Part shown: piece after piece, positions 15,001 through 27,835 of the stretch | Numbering within the stretch: the first letter of the stretch is position 1 | Layout: each line of letters opens with the position of its first letter | Assembly: GCA_964016885.1 (NCBI GenBank) | Contig: OZ024741.1 | Span: 40,114,001-40,178,000 of the forward strand | Direction of reading: 5' to 3' | From: Eledone cirrhosa | Taxonomy: Eukaryota | DNA: 64,000 bases | Notes under the pieces: model-generated | Seen by the model: only the letters and a program-made list of their open reading frames with translations | What the model was told of the DNA's origin: nothing | The model's database searches: none | Made by a program: the position numbers and the translations under genes

Positions 15001-18000
15001 TTGTGGTGTTGATGATGGTTGTGTTGTTTGTGGTATCCTTGGTGGTGATGTTGATGATGGTTGTGTTGATGGTGGTATCCTTGGTTGTGGTGTTGATGAT
15101 GGTTGTGTTCATGGTGGTATCCTTGTTGGTGGTGTTGATGATGGTTGTGTTGATGGTGGTATCCTTGGTGGTGGTGTTGATGATGGTTGTGTTGATGGTG
15201 GTATCCTTGGTGGTGGTGTTGATGATGGTTGTGTTGATGGTGGTATCCTTGGTAGTGGTGTTGATGATGGTTGTGTTGTTTGTGGTATCCTTGGTTGTGA
15301 TGTTGATGATGGTTGTGTTGATGGTGGTATCCTTGGTGGTGGTGTTGATGATGGTTGTGTTGATGGTGGTATCCTTGGTTGTGATGTTGATGATGGTTGT
15401 GTTGATGGTGGTATCCTTGGTGGTGGTGTTGATGATGGTTGTGTTGATGGTGGTATCCTTGGTGGTGGTGTTGATGATGGTTGTGTTGATGGTGGTATCC
15501 TTGGTGGTGGTGTTGATGATGGTTGTGTTGATGGTGGTATCCTTGGTGGTGTTGTTGATGGTGGTTGTGTTGATGGTGGTATCCTTGGTGGAGGTGTTGA
15601 TGATGGTTGTGTTGATGGTGGTATCCTTGGTAGTGGTGTTGATGATGGTTGTGTTGTTTGTGGTATCCTTGGTTGTGATGTTGATGATGGTTGTGTTGAT
15701 GGTGGTATCCTTGGTGGTGGTGTTGATGATGGTTGTGTTGATGGTGGTATCCTTGGTGGTGGTGTTGATGATGGTTGTGTTGATGGTGGTATCCTTGGTG
15801 GTGGTGTTGATGATGGTTGTGTTGATGGTGGTATCCTTGGTGGTGTTGTTGATGGTGGTTGTGTTGATGGTGGTATCCTTGGTGGAGGTGTTGATGATGG
15901 TTGTGTTGATGGTGGTATCCTTGGTAGTGGTGTTGATGATGGTTGTGTTGTTTGTGGTATCCTTGGTTGTGATGTTGATGATGGTTGTGTTGATGGTGGT
16001 ATCCTTGGTGGTGGTGTTGATGATGGTTGTGTTGATGGTGGTATCCTTGGTTGTGATGTTGATGATGGTTGTGTTGATGGTGGTATCCTTGGTGGTGGTG
16101 TTGATGATGGTTGTGTTGATGGTGGTATCCTTGGTAGTGGTGTTGATGATGGTTGTGTTGTTTGTGGTATCCTTGGTGGTGATGTTGATGATGGTTGTGT
16201 TGATGGTGGTATCCTTGGTTGTGGTGTTGATGATGGTTGTGTTGATGGTGGTATCCTTGGTGGTGGTGTTGATGGTGGTTGTGTTGATGGTGGTATCCTT
16301 GGTTGTGGTGTTGATGATGGTTGTGTTGATGGTGGTATCCTTGTTGGTGGTGTTGATGATGGTTGTGTTGATGGTGGTATCCTTGGTGGTGGTGTTGATG
16401 ATGGTTGTGTTGATGGTGGTATCCTTGGTTGTGGTGTTGATGATGGTTGTGTTGATGGTGGTATCCTTGGTTGTGGTGTTGATGATGGTTGTGTTGATGG
16501 TGGTATCCTTGGTTGTGGTGTTGATGATGGTTGTGTTGATGGTGGTATCCTTGGTTGTGGTGTTGATGATGGTTGTGTTGATGGTGGTATCCTTGGTTGT
16601 GGTGTTGATGATGGTTGTGTTGATGGTGGTATCCTTGGTTGTGGTGTTGATGATGGTTGTGTTGATGGTGGTATCCTTGGTTGTGGTGTTGATGATGGTT
16701 GTGTTGATGGTGGTATCCTTGGTTGTGGTGTTGATGATGGTTGTGTTGATGGTGGTATCCTTGGTTGTGGTGTTGATGATGGTTGTGTTGATGGTGGTAT
16801 CCTTGGTGGTGTTGATGATGGTTGTGTTAATGGTGGTATCCTTGGTTGTGGTGTTGATGATGGTTGTGTTGATGGTGGTATCCTTGGTGGTGGTGTTGAT
16901 GATGGTTGTGTTGATGGTGGTATCCTTGGTGGTGGTGTTGATGATGGTTGTGTTGATGGTGGTATCCTTGGTGGTGGTGTTGATGATGGTTGTGTTGATG
17001 GTGGTATCCTTGGTTGTGGTGTTGATGATGGTTGTGTTGATGGTGGTATCCTTGGTGGTGGTGTTGATGATGGTTGTGTTGATGGTGGTATCCTTGGTGG
17101 TGGTGTTGATGATGGTTGTGTTGATGGTGGTATCCTTGGTGGTGGTGTTGATGATGGTTGTGTTGATGGTGGTATCCTTGGTTGTGGTGTTGATGATGGT
17201 TGTGTTGATGGTGGTATCCTTGGTGGTGGTGTTGATGATGGTTGTGTTGATGGTGGTATCCTTGGTTGTGGTGTTGATGATGGTTGTGTTCATGGTGGTA
17301 TCCTTGGTTGTGGTGTTGATGATGGTTGTGTTGATGGTGGTATCCTTGGTTGTGATGTTGTTGGTGGTTGTGTTGATGGTGGTATCCTTGGTTGTGGTGT
17401 TGATGATGGTTGTGTTGATGGTGGTATCCTTGGTGGTGGTGTTGATGATGGTTGTGTTGATGGTGGTATCCTTGGTGGTGGTGTTGATGATGGTTGTGTT
17501 GATGGTGGTATCCTTGGTGGTGGTGTTGATGATGGTTGTGTTGATGGTGGTATCCTTGGTGGTGTTGTTGATGGTTGTGTTGATGGTGGTATCCTTGGTT
17601 GTGGTGTTGATGATGGTTGTGTTGATGGTGGTATCCTTGGTTGTGGTGTTGATGATGGTTGTGTTGATGGTGGTATCCTTGGTGGTGTTGATGATGGTTG
17701 TGTTAATGGTGGTATCCTTGGTTGTGGTGTTGATGATGGTTGTGTTGATGGTGGTATCCTTGGTGGTGGTGTTGATGATGGTTGTGTTGATGGTGGTATC
17801 CTTGGTGGTGGTGTTGATGATGGTTGTGTTGATGGTGGTATCCTTGGTGGTGTTGATGATGGTTGTGTTAATGGTGGTATCCTTGGTTGTGGTGTTGATG
17901 ATGGTTGTGTTGATGGTGGTATCCTTGGTGGTGTTGATGATGGTTGTGTTAATGGTGGTATCCTTGGTTGTGGTGTTGATGATGGTTGTGTTGATGGTGG

Positions 18001-21000
18001 TATCCTTGGTGGTGTTGATGATGGTTGTGTTAATGGTGGTATCCTTGGTTGTGGTGTTGATGATGGTTGTGTTGATGGTGGTATCCTTGGTGGTGGTGTT
18101 GATGATGGTTGTGTTGATGGTGGTATCCTTGGTGGTGGTGTTGATGATGGTTGTGTTGATGGTGGTATCCTTGGTGATGTTGATGATGGTTGTGTTGATG
18201 GTGGTATCCTTGGTTGTGGTGTTGATGATGGTTGTGTTGATGGTGGTATCCTTGGTTGTGGTGTTGATGATGGTTGTGTTGATGGTGGTATCCTTGGTGG
18301 TGTTGATGATGGTTGTGTTAATGGTGGTATCCTTGGTTGTGGTGTTGATGATGGTTGTGTTGATGGTGGTATCCTTGGTGGTGGTGTTGATGATGGTTGT
18401 GTTGATGGTGGTATCCTTGGTGGTGGTGTTGATGATGGTTGTGTTGATGGTGGTATCCTTGGTGGTGGTGTTGATGATGGTTGTGTTGATGGTGGTATCC
18501 TTGGTGATGTTGATGATGGTTGTGTTGATGGTGGTATCCTTGGTTGTGGTGTTGATGATGGTTGTGTTGATGGTGGTATCCTTGGTTGTGGTGTTGATGA
18601 TGGTTGTGTTGATGGTGGTATCCTTGGTGGTGTTGATGATGGTTGTGTTAATGGTGGTATCCTTGGTTGTGGTGTTGATGATGGTTGTGTTGATGGTGGT
18701 ATCCTTGGTGGTGGTGTTGATGATGGTTGTGTTGATGGTGGTATCCTTGGTGGTGGTGTTGATGATGGTTGTGTTGATGGTGGTATCCTTGGTGGTGGTG
18801 TTGATGATGGTTGTGTTGATGGTGGTATCCTTGGTTGTGGTGTTGATGATGGTTGTGTTGATGGTGGTATCCTTGGTGGTGGTGTTGTTGATGGTTGTGT
18901 TGATGGTGGTATCCTTGGTGGTGGTGTTGATGATGGTTGTGTTGATGGTGGTATCCTTGGTGGTGGTGTTGATGATGGTTGTGTTGATGGTGGTATCCTT
19001 GGTGGTGGTGTTGATGATGGTTGTGTTGATGGTGGTATCCTTGGTTGTGGTGTTGATGATGGTTGTGTTGATGGTGGTATCCTTGTTGGTGGTGTTGATG
19101 ATGGTTGTGTTGATGGTGGTATCCTTGGTTGTGGTGTTGATGATGGTTGTGTTGATGGTGGTATCCTTGTTGGTGGTGTTGATGATGGTTGTGTTGATGG
19201 TGGTATCCTTGGTTGTGGTGTTGATGATGGTTGTGTTGATGGTGGTATCCTTGTTGGTGGTGTTGATGATGGTTGTGTTGATGGTGGTATCCTTGTTGGT
19301 GTTGATGATGCTTGTGTTGATGGTGGTATCCTTGGTGGTGATGTTGATGATGGTTGTGTTGATGGTGGTATCCTTGGTTGTGGTGTTGATGATGGTTGTG
19401 TTGATGGTGGTATCCTTGGTTGTGGTGTTGATGATGGTTGTGTTGATGGTGGTATCCTTGTTGGTGGTGTTGATGATGGTTGTGTTGATGGTGGTATCCT
19501 TGTTGGTGGTGTTGATGATGGTTGTGTTGATGGTGGTATCCTTGGTTGTGGTGTTGATGATGGTTGTGTTGATGGTGGTATCCTTGTTGGTGTTGATGAT
19601 GCTTGTGTTGATGGTGGTATCCTTGGTGGTGATGTTGATGATGGTTGTGTTGATGGTGGTATCCTTGGTTGTGGTGTTGATGATGGTTGTGTTGATGGTG
19701 GTATCCTTGGTTGTGGTGTTGATGATGGTTGTGTTGATGGTGGTATCCTTGTTGGTGGTGTTGATGATGGTTGTGTTGATGGTGGTATCCTTGTTGGTGG
19801 TGTTGATGATGGTTGTGTTGATGGTGGTATCCTTGGTTGTGGTGTTGATGATGCTTGTGTTGATGGTGGTATCCTTGGTTGTGGTGTTGATGGTGGTTGT
19901 GTTGATGGTGGTATCCTTGGTTGTGGTGTTGATGATGGTTGTGTTGATGGTGGTATCCTTGGTGGTGATGTTGATGATGGTTGTGTTGATGGTGGTATCC
20001 TTGGTGGTGGTGTTGATGATGGTTGTGTTGATGGTGGTATCCTTGGTGGTGATGTTGATGATGGTTGTGTTGATGGTGGTATCCTTGGTTGTGGTGTTGA
20101 TGATGGTTGTGTTGATGGTGGTATCCTTGGTTGTGGTGTTGATGATGGTTGTGTTGATGGTGGTATCCTTGTTGGTGGTGTTGATGATGGTTGTGTTGAT
20201 GGTGGTATCCTTGTTGGTGGTGTTGATGATGGTTGTGTTGATGGTGGTATCCTTGGTTGTGGTGTTGATGATGGTTGTGTTGATGGTGGTATCCTTGTTG
20301 GTGGTGTTGATGATGGTTGTGTTGATGGTGGTATCCTTGGTGGTGGTGTTGATGATGGTTGTGTTGATGGTGGTATCCTTGGTTGTGGTGTTGATGATGG
20401 TTGTGTTGATGGTGGTATCCTTGTTGGTGGTGTTGATGATGGTTGTGTTGATGGTGGTATCCTTGGTTGTGGTGTTGATGATGGTTGTGTTGATGGTGGT
20501 ATCCTTGTTGGTGGTGTTGATGATGGTTGTGTTGATGGTGGTATCCTTGGTGGTGTTGATGATGCTTGTGTTGATGGTGGTATCCTTGGTGGTGGTGTTG
20601 ATGATGGTTGTGTTGATGGTGGTATCCTTGGTTGTGGTGTTGATGATGGTTGTGTTGATGGTGGTATCCTTGTTGGTGGTGTTGATGATGGTTGTGTTGA
20701 TGGTGGTATCCTTGTTGGTGTTGATGATGCTTGTGTTGATGGTGGTATCCTTGGTGGTGGTGTTGATGATGGTTGTGTTGATGGTGGTATCCTTGGTGGT
20801 GGTGTTGATGATGGTTGTGTTGATGGTGGTATCCTTGTTGGTGGTGTTGATGATGGTTGTGTTGATGGTGGTATCCTTGTTGGTGTTGATGATGCTTGTG
20901 TTGATGGTGGTATCCTTGGTGGTGGTGTTGATGATGGTTGTGTTGATGGTGGTATCCTTGGTTGTGGTGTTGATGATGGTTGTGTTGATGGTGGTATCCT

Positions 21001-24000
21001 TGTTGGTGGTGTTGATGATGGTTGTGTTGATGGTGGTATCCTTGTTGGTGTTGATGATGCTTGTGTTGATGGTGGTATCCTTGGTGGTGGTGTTGATGAT
21101 GGTTGTGTTGATGGTGGTATCCTTGGTGGTGGTGTTGATGATGGTTGTGTTGATGGTGGTATCCTTGTTGGTGGTGTTGATGATGGTTGTGTTGATGGTG
21201 GTATCCTTGTTGGTGGTGTTGATGATGGTTGTGTTGATGGTGGTATCCTTGGTGGTGGTGTTGATGATGGTTGTGTTGATGGTGGTATCCTTGGTGGTGT
21301 TGATGATGGTTGTGTTGATGGTGGTATCCTTGGTGGTGGTGTTGATGATGGTTGTGTTGATGGTGGTATCCTTGGTTGTGGTGTTGATGATGGTTGTGTT
21401 GATGGTGGTATCCTTGGTTGTGGTGTTGATGATGGTTGTGTTGATGGTGGTATCCTTGGTGGTGTTGTTGATGGTTGTGTTGATGGTGGTATCCTTGGTG
21501 GTGGTGTTGATGGTGGTTGTGTTGATGGTGGTATCCTTGGTGGTGGTGTTGATGATGGTTGTGTTGATGGTGGTATCCTTGGTGGTGGTGTTGATGATGG
21601 TTGTGTTGATGGTGGTATCCTTGGTTGTGGTGTTGATGATGGTTGTGTTGATGGTGGTATCCTTGTTGGTGGTGTTGATGATGGTTGTGTTGATGGTGGT
21701 ATCCTTGTTGGTGGTGTTGATGATGGTTGTGTTGATGGTGGTATCCTTGTTGGTGGTGTTGATGATGGTTGTGTTGATGGTGGTATCCTTGGTTGTGGTG
21801 TTGATGATGGTTGTGTTGATGGTGGTATCCTTGGTGGTGGTGTTGATGATGGTTGTGTTGATGGTGGTATCCTTGGTTGTGGTGTTGATGATGGTTGTGT
21901 TGATGGTGGTATCCTTGGTGGTGGTGTTGATGATGGTTGTGTTGATGGTGGTATCCTTGGTGGTGGTGTTGATGATGGTTGTGTTGATGGTGGTATCCTT
22001 GGTGGTGATGTTGCTGATGGTTGTGTTGATGGTGGTATCCTTGGTTGTGGTGTTGATGATGGTTGTGTTGATGGTGGTATCCTTGGTGGTGGTGTTGATG
22101 ATGGTTGTGTTGATGGTGGTATCCTTGGTGGTGGTGTTGATGATGGTTGTGTTGATGGTGGTATCCTTGGTGGTGATGTTGCTGATGGTTGTGTTGATGG
22201 TGGTATCCTTGGTTGTGGTGTTGATGATGGTTGTGTTGATGGTGGTATCCTTGGTGGTGGTGTTGATGATGGTTGTGTTGATGGTGGTATCCTTGGTTGT
22301 GGTGTTGATGATGGTTGTGTTGATGGTGGTATCCTTGTTGGTGGTGTTGATGATGGTTGTGTTGATGGTGGTATCCTTGGTTGTGGTGTTGATGATGGTT
22401 GTGTTGATGGTGGTATCCTTGGTTGTGGTGTTGATGATGGTTGTGTTGATGGTGGTATCCTTGTTGGTGGTGTTGATGATGGTTGTGTTGATGGTGGTAT
22501 CCTTGGTTGTGGTGTTGATGATGGTTGTGTTGATGGTGGTATCCTTGGTGGTGGTGTTGATGATGGTTGTGTTGATGGTGGTATCCTTGGTTGTGGTGTT
22601 GATGATGGTTGTGTTGATGGTGGTATCCTTGTTGGTGGTGTTGATGATGGTTGTGTTGATGGTGGTATCCTTGGTTGTGGTGTTGATGATGGTTGTGTTG
22701 ATGGTGGTATCCTTGGTGGTGGTGTTGATGATGGTTGTGTTGATGGTGGTATCCTTGGTGGTGGTGTTGATGATGGTTGTGTTGATGGTGGTATCCTTGG
22801 TGGTGGTGTTGATGATGGTTGTGTTGATGGTGGTATCCTTGGTTGTGGTGTTGATGATGGTTGTGTTGATGGTGGTATCCTTGGTTGTGGTGTTGATGAT
22901 GGTTGTGTTGATGGTGGTATCCTTGGTGGTGGTGTTGATGATGGTTGTGTTGATGGTGGTATCCTTGGTGGTGGTGTTGATGATGGTTGTGTTGATGGTG
23001 GTATCCTTGGTGGTGATGTTGCTGATGGTTGTGTTGATGGTGGTATCCTTGGTTGTGGTGTTGATGATGGTTGTGTTGATGGTGGTATCCTTGGTGGTGG
23101 TGTTGATGATGGTTGTGTTGATGGTGGTATCCTTGGTTGTGGTGTTGATGATGGTTGTGTTGATGGTGGTATCCTTGGTGGTGATGTTGCTGATGGTTGT
23201 GTTGATGGTGGTATCCTTGGTTGTGGTGTTGATGATGGTTGTGTTGATGGTGGTATCCTTGTTGGTGGTGTTGATGATGGTTGTGTTGATGGTGGTATCC
23301 TTGTTGGTGGTGTTGATGATGGTTGTGTTGATGGTGGTATCCTTGTTGGTGTTGATGATGCTTGTGTTGATGGTGGTATCCTTGGTGGTGGTGTTGATGA
23401 TGGTTGTGTTGATGGTGGTATCCTTGGTGGTGGTGTTGATGATGGTTGTGTTGATGGTGGTATCCTTGGTTGTGGTGTTGATGATGGTTGTGTTGATGGT
23501 GGTATCCTTGTTGGTGGTGTTGATGATGGTTGTGTTGATGGTGGTATCCTTGTTGGTGGTGTTGATGATGGTTGTGTTGATGGTGGTATCCTTGTTGGTG
23601 GTGTTGATGATGGTTGTGTTGATGGTGGTATCCTTGGTGGTGGTGTTGATGATGGTTGTGTTGATGGTGGTATCCTTGTTGGTGGTGTTGATGATGGTTG
23701 TGTTGATGGTGGTATCCTTGTTGGTGGTGTTGATGATGGTTGTGTTGATGGTGGTATCCTTGGTGGTGGTGTTGATGATGGTTGTGTTGATGGTGGTATC
23801 CTTTGTGGTGGTGTTGATGATGGTTGTGTTGATGGTGGTATCCTTGTTGGTGGTGTTGATGATGGTTGTGTTGATGGTGGTATCCTTGGTGGTGGTGTTG
23901 ATGATGGTTGTGTTGATGGTGGTATCCTTGGTTGTGGTGTTGATGATGGTTGTGTTGATGGTGGTATCCTTGGTTGTGGTGTTGATGATGGTTGTGTTGA

Positions 24001-24010
24001 TGGTGGTTGT
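1..24010. repeat. Giant 42-bp minisatellite, consensus GGTGGTATCCTTGGT(T/G/A)GTGGTGTTGATGATGGTTGTGTTGAT, roughly 570 units, continuing past the left edge
   Basis: ATCCTT anchor recurs every 42 bp, with occasional 39-bp and 41-bp units. Built from GGT/GAT/GTT/TGT triplets; extreme G+T skew on the + strand. Confidence 0.98.
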
Positions 24011-24140
24011 TATGGTGTTTGCTTTTGTGGTGATATTCTTGGTGATTGTGGTGGTTGTAGTTGTGGTGTTGTTTTCTAATTTTCTCTGTCATTTATATGT
24101 GTTGTATTTTATCAGTTTATTCTTCTTTTTATTGGAGTCA

Positions 24141-24360
24141 GGGCAGGAGATTGGCAGTATCGGTAGAGCGTCGGACAACATGCTTCATGACATGGAGTTA
24201 CGGACTTTTACAATCTGAGTTCAAATCCTGCTGAAATTAACTTTGCCGTTCATCATTACGGGGTCGATAAAATAAAGTACCATTAATGCATTGGTGTCGA
24301 TTTAATCACCTTTCCCCTCCCCAACAAGTGTTGGCCTTGTGCCTAAATCAGAAACCAATA
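24141..24360 (+). mobile_element. tRNA-derived SINE, family B (Meta-like central domain)
   Basis: TGGCAGTATCGG A-box-like, GTTCAAATCC B-box, central CTTTGCC(T)TTCATC...GGGGTCGATAAAATAAAGTACC, tail GGCCTTGTGCCTAAATCAGAAAC. At least 6 homologous copies in the window. Confidence 0.85.
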
Positions 24361-24874
24361 TTTCTGATTTCAGTGTCTAGATATATATATATTTTTTTTT
24401 TTCCCTCAGTTTTGCTTGTTTGTTCTAGTCCAATATTTAAGTGTGTTCTGTAAAACAATTATATTGCTGAGTGTTACAACGTCTTTTAATAGGATGTATT
24501 TAAAATATATTACTGTATTACTGTCTTCCGTGTTCCAGCCGACAGGTTGAGGCCATGCTGGAGCACAGCCATTTGTATATCTTTGCTTTGTTTCATATAT
24601 TCCCTATCTAAAACGATTTTTATTGCATTTATATTCCTATAAGAATGTGGAAGGTCTGATTCTCAGTTAGACCATGCTAGCTCCACAAACCATAAAATGA
24701 AGAAATGAACGTATGTACATACCCAATGTTCGAAGCAGAAGTACGATAAAGTAATATGGAATATATATTTATAGAGTAATGATAAAGAATACAGACAATT
24801 TAATAAAGTCTATACATATATTTGAAAAGAATTCAATGAAGTGTCTTTGTATTTTCAATAAGCAGACACATCTA

Positions 24875-24974
24875 TGTATGTTGCAAATATATATGTATGT
24901 ATATATGTGTATATATATATGTCTATACATATATGTGTATATATATGTATTTTATATGTATATATGTATATATG

Positions 24975-25067
<93 letters not shown>

Positions 25068-25182
25068 GTAAATATATATATGCATATATATATATATACC
25101 TACATATATATATATGTGTGTATATATATATGTATATGTATATATATACATACATAAATGTATATATATATATATGTATATG

Positions 25183-25268
<86 letters not shown>

Positions 25269-25576
25269 TGTATGTATGTATATATATATGTGTATATATA
25301 TTTATAATTATTTAATATATAATATTTATATATACTTATGTGTGTATATATATATACATATATCACGATCTTATAGGATCACATGAAAGTGGAACGGTTT
25401 CTAATGTATGTACCATATAGTATTTAACTGGAGATTCTGGGAAAAACATTCACATTATTGCATAATTATACAGTAATTATATATATTGCAATTATCCTAC
25501 ACACAACAGATTTATACATATACATAAAACATCATATTCATACTCACAGAAATATATATACTCACACACGCATATA

Positions 25577-25627
<51 letters not shown>

Positions 25628-25680
25628 TTATATATATATATATATGCGTGTATGTATACATTTGCATAAGCACAAATACA

Positions 25681-25756
<76 letters not shown>

Positions 25757-26070
25757 GTATACATATATCTATATATATACACTCACACATATATATATAC
25801 CACACTCACATATATACACGTGTGACGGAAAGAATGTATGAAGGAAAATGGTTGCATATGTGTGTGTGTGTGTGTGTGCGTGTGTCTGTGTGTGTGTGTG
25901 TGCGCGCGTGTGTGTGCGTGTGTGTGTCTGCGTGTGTGTGAGTGCGCGCGTGTGTGTGTGTGCGCGTGTGCGTGTGTGTGTGCGTGCGTGTGTGTGTGTG
26001 TTTGTGTGTGTGTATGTATGTATGTGTGTGTGTGTCTGTGTGTCTGTGTGTGTGTGTGTGTGTGTGTTTA
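24875..26070. repeat. Compound (TA)n/(TATG)n/(GT)n microsatellite field
   Basis: Directly visible dinucleotide arrays; the YIYI/CVCV ORFs are artefacts. Confidence 0.95.
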
Positions 26071-26382
26071 CGTGTTTCAGTGCGTGCAATATATATAAGT
26101 CTTTATAACGCAACTTCAAATAATATTATCACAGCTGTCTCACTTGGAAGTAACTTAACGATATTTTCTCTAATTTTTTTCAAGTTACCCTTACGATAAT
26201 GTTTTAACAGGAATTTAGTATAAGATCAACTCTTAACTAAAGACTTATAAAATGAACATGTAATAAAATATATTTACATTGAAAGGCTTCCTATTTCATG
26301 AATGGTGTTTGTTGTCATTAGTCTTCCTTATTCATAAAACATTAAGGAAGATAAATTTTATATATTCACATATATATATGAA

Positions 26383-26630
26383 GGCGTGTGGCTGAGTGGT
26401 TAGAGAATTGGTTTCGCAATCGTAGGGTTGTGAGTTCGATTTTCGGACCGGACGATTCGCTATGTACTTGATTTGAGCAAGACACTTTATTTCACGCTGC
26501 TCCTTCTACCTGGATATACGTGCGACAGATAGTATTAGCAATTGGAAAGACCAATGGAAACATTGTTCCTTCGTCCGATTTGCTCATTAAGCAAATCAGG
26601 TCTGGGATCTTGTCGCTCAACTGTCGATAT
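26383..26630 (+). mobile_element. tRNA-derived SINE, family A (CORE-like)
   Basis: GGCGTGTGGCTGAGTGG A-box, GTTCGATT B-box, GAGCAAGACACTT core-like motif. Homologous to 34657-34852 and 62577-62817. Confidence 0.85.
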
Positions 26631-26631
26631 A

Positions 26632-27367
26632 ACGACCTTTTTTAGCCGTTGCTCGCACCAACCGGAGGTATATGGTCTTTAAAGCGATGAAATACCAATG
26701 ATGGTTGGAAGATCACTGATGAAGGACTAACTTTATTCATATGTAACCCATTAGTAACCCTGCAGCACGTTTTTCTCATATTTACACATATTTTTTTCCC
26801 CGCAGTTACACGTCTATTTCGTTCTTACTGCTTCCTCTTTCTCTGTATCTTTACCCTCTCTAGCAGTCACTCTCTCTGTTAGCCTCTTCCTCACCCTTCA
26901 CTCACTCATTCTCTGTTACTACCTCTCCTCCTCCTCTTTCTTCCCGTTTGACCTGTGCGTAATTCTTTTCTTTCGCACCCTTGGTCTGGCAGGTCGCTTT
27001 TTTTCTCTCTCTCGTCTACGATTTCACAGAACTTACGTTCACCGAAATCACAGGCTAGATCCCTTCTTCCTCCCGTTAGACCTGTACGGAATTCCTTCCT
27101 TGCTTACATTCCAACCAGGTTTGATGGTCTTTATTCTCTCTCGTTCACGATTTCACCGAATTTAAATTCATAGAAATTTGGGACTTGACTCCTTCTTCCT
27201 CACGTTTCGTTGCTTCACCATTTTGTTTGTTTATACCCGTGTTCCCTTTATTTACGTGTCCCGACGACTATTTTTTACCGTTGCTCGCACCAACCGGAGG
27301 TATATGGTCTTTAAAGCGATGAAATATCAATGATGGTTGGAAGATCACTGATGAAGGACTAACTTTA

Positions 27368-27374
<7 letters not shown>
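26632..27374 (+). mobile_element. Non-autonomous unit of ~632 bp with ~110-bp terminal direct repeat (Penelope pLTR/retrozyme-like)
   Basis: 26632-26742 is repeated at 27264-27374; both copies carry CTGATGA. The unit ends in (TA)n. Confidence 0.6.
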
Positions 27375-27398
<24 letters not shown>

Positions 27399-27404
<6 letters not shown>

Positions 27405-27773
27405 CATACGGTATATTGCCAAATATACTATACATACATTCATGTAATATACTATACATACATAGATCGCTATTTCAGAGTACCAATCCTAATACCTAAT
27501 TTTTGCTGGACCGGCAATCGCTCTGTATAATCAGCTCCTGATTATTACTGGAATTCTATAAGAATCCAGTTTCTATAATTTTCGGCGGAAGCAGGGGAGT
27601 ACGAGGCTCTGATGAACGCCAACCAGCGTGAAACAGACTGTCAGCTTCTCTCCCTTCTTTCGCCGAAAAGAAGTAAGTGATATAATCACTACTTTAATAC
27701 TGATAGCGTATGGTCTTCTAAATGTTTTAAATTAAACATACAGTATATTGCCAAATATACTATACATACATTC

Positions 27774-27775
<2 letters not shown>
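27399..27775 (+). mobile_element. Retrozyme-like element: 332-bp monomer plus 45-bp terminal direct repeat, flanked by (TA)n
   Basis: ATTAAACATAC(G/A)GTATATTGCCAAATATACTATACATACATTCAT at 27399 and 27731; contains a hammerhead ribozyme. Confidence 0.75.
27579..27669 (+). ncRNA. Type I hammerhead ribozyme
   Basis: CTGATGA core at 27609-27615; stem II ACGC-CAACCA-GCGT; GAAA; stem III ACA-GAC-TGT; GUC cleavage triplet at 27640-27642; stem I GAGGCT/AGCTTC extended by GGGAG/CTCCC and TTTTCGGCG/CGCCGAAAA. Confidence 0.88.

Positions 27776-27835
<60 letters not shown>

Noticed and set aside
18648-24092. 1814-aa His/Gln-rich ORF with ATG (HHQHNHHQHHNQGY)
   Set aside because: Common variants are non-synonymous or create TAA in this frame; no signal peptide; unlike Gly-His-rich cephalopod beak proteins. 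Not fully excluded without RNA data.
3-24218. Huge Val/Met/Leu ORFs on the + strand (up to 3541 aa)
   Set aside because: An uninterrupted hydrophobic polymer is implausible; the frame is open only because the 42-bp unit has no stop, and the C-terminus runs into a SINE.
26383-26460. tRNA gene
   Set aside because: A/B boxes are present, but they continue into a SINE body with multiple diverged copies; no clean cloverleaf.
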